Assembly (NCBI RefSeq): GCF_964355755.1 | Contig: NC_092673.1 | Location: forward strand, 29,943,648 to 30,007,647 | Direction: 5' to 3' | DNA: 64,000 bases | Source: Antedon mediterranea | Lineage: Eukaryota; Animalia; Echinodermata | In this document: positions 37,701-49,700 of the stretch, piece by piece | Layout of the letters: each line of letters opens with the position of its first letter | How positions within the stretch are numbered: the stretch's first letter is position 1 | Program-made: the position numbers and the translations under genes | The notes under the pieces: generated by a model | Told to the model about the DNA's origin: nothing | What the model saw: only the letters and a program-made list of their open reading frames with translations | Databases searched by the model: none

Positions 37701-40700
37701 ATCTCAGAAACTGAGGAAATAATTAGCAAAATGCAGGGTCACAGAAGGTGCACTATTTAATATTTTTATGAAAATTGTTGACAATATCTTGCAAACAAAC
37801 CATTTAGAAATAAACTAGACTTGAAGTGACAAGTTAGTTATCCACACAACAAATGCCATGTGCACTTCATACATTAGAATATTGTGCATAGAAAAAGATG
37901 ATGCCATTTATGACCTGTAGAAAAAAATATGTTGTTAGTGCAATAATTTTCTATATTTTGTGTCATATTATACAGTATATACCGTATACTATATAAATTG
38001 TACAAAGAAAGAATAATCAGATTTTCAATCTTGTTTGTGTGAACTTACAGGCAGTGGATGATTTAAGAGAAGAGGCTGACAAGTTGATAGATGAGGTTGA
38101 GTTGGATACCAGTGACTTTGAACTTATCACAGAAGAACTTGAGGATTCAGTCAACAAAATTATTGATGACTCAAGTTTAAATGAATTCAACATCACTGAA
38201 TATCAACTACTGGTGTGTAGATCATTCTTTTGTTCAGTCATCTTTTTATTTATTACCATGATGACATAATATAAAAATAAAAAATATCTTAATCTAATAA
38301 GTCAATGCAATATAATGTTGCCTCCGTTAAAATACACTTAGTTATTTTTAGGAAATGTTCCATTGAATTTCAATTAAATATAAAGATCTTGTCAAATATG
38401 GGATCATGTCAAAATTATTCTACTGCAGTTACTGCAGTACTTATTTTTTGTTTGTTTATAAAATACAGTACTGTAGTTATTTTGAGGAAAGTTTGATTTC
38501 AAAAAATTAACACACATTCACAGACAATTTCCCAATCTTTTTAAAAAGTGTACTTTTGAAATTTCTAACTTGTGCTTATAGCCGGTTTTGCATATACTTT
38601 TTATAATTAAAAATAACCCAATATATTAACATTCAATTCAGTAAAACCTAAAAAGAATTTTTATATCTTATCTGCTTTAGCTTAACAAGAACTTAACAAG
38701 TGATTTGGAATCTTTCGCAAAAACATTAAATAATACAGCAGATAATCTTAACGTAAGTACAATTGTATTTTATATTACTTTAAGCTACAATTTTGTGGAT
38801 TTACACAGATGAGCAGTAATGGTAATAAAAATATAGTTATACATTGTTTAAAGGTTTGCATAGCAAAGTAAAATGTTGATATAAAGTTTGCGGTACACAA
38901 GATATATTAGTTCTGAAAAGAACTGTTGAGTTTCTCAACATTTCGATCAATATTCTTTGAACGTCCTCAGGAGTGAGAATACAGAAAGTCAAGGAATATA
39001 AGCGAAATAGGGTGGGACTGGGATAAAAGCTAAAACAATAGCATGTTCACAGTGGGAGGGATTGAAACTAGCTATAGAAGAACAAATACAGTTATTTTCT
39101 GTGACCATTCTGTCGAGGATAGATACAGATTCTGTTGATGCTGTTTTCCACTTACCGTTACAACTCGCCTGTGTAAATTGGCATTTAGAGTCTATGAGGC
39201 TAAATTCTATGTCTGTGAAGTATAACATTAACTGTTCATGTTTTCACAGAATGCTACAATAAGTAACCAATTATACAGTATTTCACATGATGTTACTGAA
39301 GCCGATGAACAAGCCAAAGCAGTAGAAGCACTGATGGTAAATTTTAACAACTTTTGACATTTTTGATTTTTATATTCTTTAAAAGATTACACAATTATAA
39401 TTTAAATATAATAAATATAAATTAAACTAGGATTTAACGCAAGGATGTCACTGTGCCAAACTGTCACTTGTGATTGGTCATATTAATTGCATTGCACGTA
39501 TGTTGTTGCAGTGTATCTAAGTGTGACTCAGGATTTAGTTCATGCCACATAAACTGGACACTTTCAAACTGACGCAAAGTCTGGTTTTCAGAATGTATTT
39601 TTGATATCGAAAAGATTTCAATTTGTGCTGACCAACGCATAGTGGTGTTCTTAGTCACTTTGACCTAGAATTTGCTGGAACTATAGAGAAATAGGTAGCG
39701 AGGAAGCACATGCCTGGCATATGCAAAATTAATTAAAATCATGTTACTAGGTCCTAGCATGGATTTCTCCTAGGTAGTTAGAAATCGAAATTGGTTGCCG
39801 GGTTATAGGATGGTTGTTGGCTATCAAGTAAAAAGGTACTTTTATTCTTTACTTTTTTTTCAGAATGAATTGTTAGAAGAAGCTGAAACATTGAACGAAG
39901 AAATCATCGAAATACAGTCAACTGGGAATAAGACACTCAAAGCAGCAACTTACACTGAGTCCAAGATAAAGGAAAATGCAACGCAACAAGCTGTAAAGGA
40001 CAGCACAAGTAATTACACAGACCGTCTTATTAAATATGCTGAGAGTTATGTTGATCACTTAACTCAGGAGGTAATGCTATGATATTATTATTAATAATAA
40101 TAAGCTTTATTTATTCATGGACACTTAACTGTTTTTCAGTAAGGCCGTTCCAAAAACAAAAAAACAAATACAAAACAAAATGTATCCAGAAAAATGGAAC
40201 GTAGAACAGACCTTAATTACTATTAAAGCAAAATATTTAAAAAATTTAAATGGAATAAAATAACAATAAAAATTGATAGATTTACTGAAACTAGTTACAT
40301 TATGACAAGTTTCAGTTCTTGACTAGATTCATTGACACATTTTATTAGCTTCTAAGTACAGACAACCAGCAAAGACACAATATACTTAAGTCATAGATTG
40401 TTGCAAATTAAAAGCTTGGTTCCTACAAGGACTTTAAGCGCAATGTATGTGTTTTCACCAATCACAAGCAATGAATGTTGCTTTTCATTGGTCAACTTGC
40501 TTGTTGCGGATACGTCCTTGCGTCTACTTCCTTTCGTTGCGTCTCTAGTGGGAACTAAGCTTTACAATGAAGCCTCTTTATGATATATGTTTAATACACA
40601 CAAAGGAAAAAGGTTTAAAATACTAACTTAACATCAAAGGAAAGGAAAGTTCAGTTATAGTAAAGGACGATACTTGATACAGTAGTACTATTGCATGCCA

Positions 40701-43700
40701 TGTGACCCATAATCGTCCAATCAAATGGCAGGAACTTATTTAGGTGTTATATAATATACAATATGCACTTTTATGTTTCAGGTTGAGGATGATTTGGCAC
40801 CTTGTGGGTCAATTAGCAACTTGTATAATTTATTTGTTGACACAGTTTGTGATTTTAATATTGATGCAATGGTGAGTGTAACTGTCGCAGAAATATGTTG
40901 TACCATCAAAGATATACATGTATATATATATATTTGTATTGTTTTTAAGAGGGCCTCTTCAAGTCAGCTGTACTGCTGTAGTACAGCTGTTACAGCTACC
41001 CTTGTAAAACAAAGTTAAGTAAATAAATACAAGTATTTTTGTGCTTTAGAAATATTTGACATCAGTTTTAGCCCTACCTTACCTAATCTCTTCAGGTCTC
41101 TTGGCCCATAAGGCTGCAGTAGAAATTTTCCAGTTGGTTCTATCAGCAGTGATTTGTTTTGCTTTGTTCCATGACCTCCATCCTAGCTATTATCTTTTCC
41201 ACTATTCTTTGCCATGTTATTTTTAACAACCAGAAATTACTGAAAATACATGGACCTTTGAAAATACAGTAACAATCATTTTTTTATCATTTTAGAACAC
41301 AATATGGTTCACATTAGGTTGGAGCATTTTCTTTTTTATACCAAGCATAATTTTTGCTGTAAAACTCGCAAAATATTACCGCATTATGGACGATGAATAT
41401 ATTGAAGTTCCGAAACCAAAGAAAAAGAAAAAAAATAAGAAAAATAGAGATGCAGAAACACCAGAAGAGGATGAAATGGGTAAATATTAAAATATGTTTT
41501 TATTGTTTACTAATATTGCTAAGCTAATATCACATGCTCTCATGCTCTCCTTAAACGATTCCCACGCAACACAAGGTCGTAAGTGTAATCCAAGCAAATT
41601 GACCAATGACAAGCGACAGTTCAGATAATCCATCGCTTGTCATTGGTCAAATTACTTACATTGTATTTACTACATCCTTGCGTTGAGTCTTAGCGGGAAC
41701 CAAGCTTTAGCAACGTTAATTGTTTCATTTTGAATGGGTTAAAATGGTTTAAAGTATTTTATAAATATATCGTTTTTTTTTTTAATATATCAAGATTTGG
41801 ATAGGCGGTTTTTTTTCTTCAAATTTTAAACTACACAAATCACAGTCAAACTTCAGATACAATATAGAAAGGCTGTTACTGACAAACACACTGCACAGCA
41901 CTATTCTAAAATTGTCTTGGTGCATGTTTCTGCTGAGCTTTAAAAGATAGAATTTCTCAGCAGAAAGAGGTCCTTAAGCTCAAAACAAAAAAAGTGTGAT
42001 GTGCCCAAATATGGTAGTGATATGACATCACCATGTCCATATATGGGCACTTCATTTTTTTTGGTCACAAAGTTGAATAGTGTAGACCAAGCTTTAGATA
42101 TCATACAATTTGATTTCCATTGTAAGTAATTAATATGTAGTTTAAACCTGGGAGATATCTATCTGTCTTACTGTTGTTGTCATATTATTTTGATGTTTTT
42201 TTGTTGCTGCAATGATGCATAACACATGGTTCCATTTTCTCTCATTCCATCCAGTCCCTCTAACACACCCTCGTTATTAAGGTGAATATTTTGAATTATT
42301 GTTTGTGATGTTTTTGTTTTGTGATCGTAAATTAAGTGTGATCGTGTCGGATTTTAGTGTGATTGTGTTTTACACTGGTTTGCCTTGAGAATTCATTTTT
42401 AAATGAATGTTATGCTGATCTTGCCGACTATTCTCATAACATCTCAACACCATTTGAATTTTGTTTGCATTTTGGCACGTTAAACTAACAATAATAAATT
42501 TTACTAAAAACTTTAAAAAAAATTAACTGCTTAAAGGTGAGTATTTCAAATTATTTACATTAATAAATGTTAAGCTCTGTCTACACTATCAAACTAGTTT
42601 GTCAAAAAAGTCTGATGTGCCCAAATATGGTAGTATGGTAATATGACATCATCATGTCCGTATATGGGCATATTACATTTTTTTTGTCGCATAAATTTGA
42701 TAGTGTAGACAGAGTTGATTGTATGTGTCACAATTTGATTGGTAGATGCAGAATGTGATTTTGAGAGACGTCTAAAAGATCTAGCAAATAGAATTATAGT
42801 AACGTGATTGGCCTGTTTGAATCACATGGTCTTCATTGCACAGTGCACATGACTTGGGTCTGAATATTGCTCTTGTGACCGCAACATTTTAAATATTCCT
42901 TTATTTGATAACAAAATGAATTTGATCAATTACTAATATGGACCTACTAGCTTGCTTTTTGCATAAATATAAATTTAAATTTGATTAACAACCAAAAATG
43001 ATTTATTTTATTATTTGTGTGTTATTAAAACATTTCCATTCATTTTTATTTTGAGAAATTATTTATTATTATGATTATTTGTCTAATGATTTAGTACACC
43101 ATTTATGCAGATAATTTTCTAATAAGAGTTCAGTAATAGAATCATCATTGCACCATAATACCTCTTTCAAAATGTGGTCTTTTGAATAACAGAATGACCT
43201 TAATGATTGTTTGTTAATTTCCTTATGTAGATGTAAGTATTTTAATATCCTACTGTCAATTGAGGTCAATTGACCCCCCACTCCGACCTTGTTGACCCCC
43301 CACTCCGACCTTGTTGACCCCACTATGACCTTGTTGACTTGCTTATGTTATTAATTAAATATAATATTAAATAAAAATATAATTAATATTCTTTATTCTT
43401 GCTGTATATTACTGTTTTATCTATTTTACCATAACTTTACTGCCTTTCTTGTGTTTATTAAATTCTTCATAACATAACATTCATTCTTCATAATAATAAC
43501 CCTATTATAAGAATTCTTTTCTTGGTGATGGCGCTATTTACTCTACTTCTGTACGGTGTATGATTTCAGGGGCTGATAGCATACAACTGATGGAGAACAG
43601 TCGACGCGGGGCAACTAACAAGGATGTTACACCCTACGCCAACCCCCATTACAGACATGGTACAGTCCAATGCACTTTCACCTTTACTTAGTTTTTTAAT

Positions 43701-46700
43701 GACTCTTTCATGATTTCAACTATACCATCATTGTTACCGTGGTTACATGGTATGAATACCATTTTAGCAACCATTTAAAATTTCTGTAATAATAATGTGT
43801 AATATATAATAATGCTCTGAAAAAAGGCTCTGTCTACACATGGAGATTTACATCTCCTTCGTCTCCACTATCAAACTTTATGTGAAAAAAAAAATGTGAT
43901 GCGCCCATATATGATGATGATGTCATATCACTGCCATATTTGGGCATAGCACACTTTTTTGTAAAACTAGTTTTATAGTAGGAACAGAGTATAAATGTTT
44001 CTAACCGTCATTATTATATTGCACTTTATACAGAAGTATCAAATCATAGTTGTGTGACCTTAGACACCCGATATATTGAGTTGAAATCATGAAATGGCAT
44101 TCTTCAACAGCACACTTGCTTATTTTGAGGTGTTGGTTTTCTAATATACTTTTTATGTTAATGTATATTTCTTGTATGTACTTCTGTAATAATTAAGCTG
44201 TATTGATGGCATTAGCTTAGTATGTTTCCTGTTCAAGTTTAAGCACAGTCTTAAGTTGCATGCAGCAATATAGTAAGAAAAATTAATTTCGATTATAGAC
44301 ATATATATATCAATATTTTTACGACAGAATTACCAAATTTGACACAAACGTTATCATTAATTTAGTTTAATAAATAAATCTCAATGTTTTACATTATTTA
44401 TTTACTTTTATTTATTATAAAATTGTGTAATTTTACTTTAGTAAATTAGTTATTAAACCTTTTTATAATTACTATACACAGATAGTTGCATGAAAGCACT
44501 TCAGAATGATTACGATTTGTGAATCTTCTAATGATAAACTTGTGGATGCAGGCATTGATCGTACTAAAACTAAATACTGTAAACAAACGTAGAAACACAA
44601 CATTAGCTTTATACGATTATTTTTTTTAATTTGTAGATTAATTTCAGGATTTATTTAAAAATATTAATTATTTGTTTAGGTGAATATTTACAAATGTGCA
44701 ACTACAAATAAAACAAACACGTATGAAAAAAGTCAATAGGAAAGTTTACAATCAACACAAGCAATCTTATAAGCGGAGGTCAAAGGTTATGCCTCTGAAT
44801 TAATTTTCCTAGGGTTTAGGCTAATAAAAAAAACTTGGTGTACATCACATTTTTTTTGCCACATAAAGTTTGATAGTGTAGACAGAGCTTTAGTTTGTAG
44901 ACAGATGGCAATGGGCTCTTGAACCTCCGCTTATTAAACCAAATAGCGAGTGTTTTAAGGACCATTTTGCATCGTATATTGATTTTAGAAATTCATTGAT
45001 TTGTTTCAGATTCACCGATTCTTGGATACAATGATCTAGGAGGAGCAGGAGTGCCTCCACCTGCCTACAATTACGGTGAGCATTATAACATCACTCCTCA
45101 CACCGACTACTTCTAGCATCTTATATACATCATCTATTTCTTCGTTTGTCATATTCTTCGCGGTTGTATGCAATATCACAAGACTTCTTATGCTGAGCTA
45201 AAAATCTACTCAACCTTATCACAAGACTCCTTAAGTTGAGCTAAGATTTGCTCAACTTTATCACAAGACTCCTTAAGTTGAGCTAAAATTTACTCAACTT
45301 TATCACAAGACTCTTTAAGCTGAGCTAAAATTTGCTCAACCTTATCACAAGACTCCTTAAGTTGAGATAAAATTTGCTCAACCTTATCACAAGACTCCTT
45401 AAGTTGAGATATATTTTACTCAACCTTATCACAAGACTCCTTAAGTTGAGATAAAATTTACTCAACCTTATCACAAGACTCCTTAAGCTGAGCTAAAATT
45501 TGCTCAACCTTATCACAAGACTCCTTAAGCTGAGCTAAATTTACTCATCCTTGCTAACATTATTTTCCGTTTCTTATTACTATGTATCAAAGAGAAATAT
45601 TATAAATGACATTAATTAACCAATTAATTATCATTTGCATATTAATACCGAAAATTATATACAATCTATTATCAACTAAATCTTTTATTTCTGATTTATT
45701 TTCTTAATAAGCTTTTTTTTAAATTTAATGTTGAGACTATACATTGAGGTAGTATGAACTAGAATTCTTTTGCTATTCAAACAAAAGTTCCAACCAGCTT
45801 CCTTCACTTCTATGAATTTATTCGTCCCTATACCTGCCTATACATCCCATTCTTTCCAATTTCCTTAGATTCAGTTATGTCCAATATTAGCAATTTACAA
45901 CTTAATGTAGTTTTGTAATTAAGATTTCATTTTTGTTGGACCAATACTTAATGTAGAGGATGAAAGAGGATTAACTAACTTAATGGCTCTAACTTTCACT
46001 ATTTTTTTACTTTCATGTAAAAATAATCAGAAATTATTCAATTGTGTAGTAATATTGAAAAACAAAACAAATGTAATAATTATTTCCAAGCTTTAAATTT
46101 TTTCCAAGATTTGTGTGCTTGTGTTTGATTTAATATTTTTTTAGTATTTTGTAATTAAATTTTATTTATACCATATGTATTCTACGTTTTCTAAATTAAA
46201 TTGTGTAAAAAATAATATTACAAAGCTTTGACTGTAATTATTATGATTACATTATTGAAATTTAATTATTTTAAATAATACATTAGGGAGTAAGTAGAAT
46301 GCCTGTATTTTTTTTTGTAGGTAAGTGATGCAAATAACATGAATTATTCATTAGCTATGTTATTGAATATGCATGATACGTGACCTGAGAATTGACCTGA
46401 CTAAAAACGATCTTCATTGAGCAATCTGTCAGTCTGAACGACACATTATGTGTGCTTTTCATGTCGTTTCCAGGGCTGTATACCATCAGTAGATTGTTTC
46501 CTTTTCTTGTGACCACTTTACCATTTTATTTGTCGTGGCTATGGTACGACATGATTCAAACCCCACAAAGTCTGTTTTGATTTATTTTTATTTTTACAAA
46601 AGAGAGAGAGAGAAGTTATTTAGAGGGTTCGGTATCTACACTATCAAACTAGTTTGACAAAAAAAGTGTGATGTGCCCAAATATGGTAGTGATAAACCCA

Positions 46701-49700
46701 AATATGTCCATATATTGGCAATACCTACAATGAATAATTCAGGATTTCTGCATCTACCTACAGAGGAAACAACTGGTAAAAGTGACTTGACCCGAATGAC
46801 CTTTTTAGTCCATTCTTAGTGTGCTATGTAAAGTATGCTTTTATTATAAATGCTTAAAATACCATATTTATGAATATAATTATTTTAAACTGGTGCTTAA
46901 TCTTAGTAAGATGTCTTTCTTAATTTAGTATTACTATTTAAATTTAAAAACCATGATCTTTTCATTCAATTGTATTTAATGAACTATTTAATATACTAAT
47001 ATAAAATAGCTGCATCCAGTGTTTGTGAGAAAAAATTTCTAATTAAATTAATTATTTGTATATATTTATAATATTTATTATTTTTAAAATTTATAACAAT
47101 TTAAAAGTTCTGGCATTTCAATATTAAAGCAAAGTACAGAATATTAATACAAAAACGAAATTATTTTATAAATCTTGAGTGAAATATATCTACTAATTTA
47201 AAAACAGCCAAAATGATATTTTTTTTCATGATTCATTCATTTTATATAACATAATATAATAGTGGTAATCATGTAAAAAGTTGATTATGACTAATTTATT
47301 TGAGGGTATTTTTAAACATGCTATATATAGATATATAAGTATATAAGGTTGTTAATAGACCAACATGAAAAAAGAATTCTAAATCTTTACCTTGATATGA
47401 TATTGGTACTATAATGTGATTCCTGATAAGTGTTTTGGGGAAATATGAGTAAATAGCCTAGATACAACTTAAAGTAAATTGCAAATACTATCAAATGAGA
47501 TATCTTTTTATTTTTGAAAATGAATATAATCTTATCCCATCATTTTCCCCAAATGTTGTACCCTGGGACTACAGGTCATATGCAGGAAGTACTATGAATT
47601 GTTGATAGTGACCTGTTTGCCATGGCGATTATAGTGACCTGTTTGTCATGGTGATAATAGTGACCTGTTTGCCATGGTGATAATAGTGACCTGTTTGCCA
47701 TGGTGATGATAGTGACCTGTTTGCCATGGTGATAATAGTGACCTGTTTGCCATGGTGATAATAGTGACCTGTTTGCCATGGTGATTATAGTGGCCTGTTT
47801 GCCGTGGTGATGATAGTAACCTGTTTACCATGGTGTTAGTGATGTGTTTGCCATGGTGATGATAGTAACCTGTTTACCATGGTGATAATGATCTGTTTGT
47901 CATGGTGATGATAGTAGCCTGTTTACCATGGGGATAGTGACCTCTTTGCCATGGTGATGATAGTGACCCTTTTGCCATGGTGATGATAGTGACCTGTTTG
48001 CCATGGTGATAATAGTGACCTGTTTGCCATGGTGATGATAGTGATCTGTTTGCTATGGCAATGATAGTGACCTGTTTGCCATGGTGATGATAGCGATCTT
48101 TTTGCCATGGTGATGATTTTGACCTGTTTGACATGGTGATGATAGTGACCTGTTTGCTATGATGATGAAAGTGACCTCATGTTTCTACACTGATAGGTAA
48201 TATAGCATATTTATTTGTGATCAATTCAATGTAGTTATATCTTATAAGGTCAATTATTAAAAATAAGTGTTGTATTTTGGAATTGAATTTGGAATAAAAT
48301 GCATTTTTTAAATTTGGATTATTTTTGTTCAAGTCACACAATGCAAGAGTTTTATTAAAAGTGGTGATGATTGATGCAAAGGATTATTTGACAATCAAGG
48401 TGGATACAAGTTGTAAAGCTCTGTCTACACTATCAAACTAGTTTGACAACAAACTGTGATGTGCCTAAATATGGTAGTGAAATACCCAAATATGGTAGTG
48501 ATATGACATATCATGTCCATACATCGGCACATCACATTTGTGTGTGTCTAGACAGAGCTTTAAGGTTCCTGCAAACATTTAACAAAAGAGTTAACTTTCA
48601 AACGATTTGGAGTTAGCAACTGAAATTTTTTGTGGTTCGTGATCGTAAAAATGTTTGCCACAGGCCAGATAAAAGATGGATGGTGGCTGTAGTTGGTAAT
48701 AACAAACACTGAATAGTTTATTTTCAAATGAGTTATTAATAACTTTGGCTTCAATTACCCCGGAACAGTGATAATAATGTCAAGGTAATAATAACAGTGC
48801 ATGATCCAAAAATATTGTTTTGCTTTATATATTTACAATTTGCATACTGTAGTTATAATACGATTTTGGTTTGAGCTTTAGTTGCTTTTGTAAACTGTAT
48901 AGATATTATTACATTGTTGAACAAGTTCTATGTTCTTTGCATGTTGATAAATATAAAGTTTGTTTATGTTGTTTCATTACAAACAAAATTTAGAAATTAT
49001 TTATTTTTTAGCATGTAGTGTAATTAGTATAAAAGGGTGTTGTTTGTTGTTGCTTGTATTTACTGTATTGGTTGCATTTGATCCGTACTAAATTTATCTG
49101 CACTGCTTTTGTTCATATTTTATTTTTCCCCTTTCTACATCTATATGTTTTTGAGAATGTAATTGGTAATTTGTATTAAGTCAAGTCTATATTTGAGCCT
49201 GATTCACATTGATTGATTAACAATTGTAAACAAATTGTAAACACAACAGTGGATATCGTTTGCTGTGTACAATTCATGCATTTATGAATTAACCTGTTAT
49301 ATGTCTTACACAAATAATTTAACCAATAAGGATTTGACCAATAAGGGTTTGACCAATAAGGGTTTGACCAATAAGGGTTTGACCAATAAATACTTCAACA
49401 CTCTTCAACACTATTTATATTTTTAACTTTTTTTTTTATAAACATTACTTAATGGTTTAATCATGTTTTTGTTTACATATTGTTTATTTTCAGAGGACCC
49501 TCATTCTCTTCCTTACAGCCGTTTACCGGAATCATATGGTACACAAAATTCATTTTAATTTTTGTTTTTCGTCATCGGGGGTGTTTTCATTAAGTCCTTT
49601 AAGTTTTGCTTAGTGGTGTTAATTAACCTGCTGAAAAAGGGATAATAACAATAATAATTCATTATCATAATCATGAATTGTTTGTTTATACCTAGCTCAA

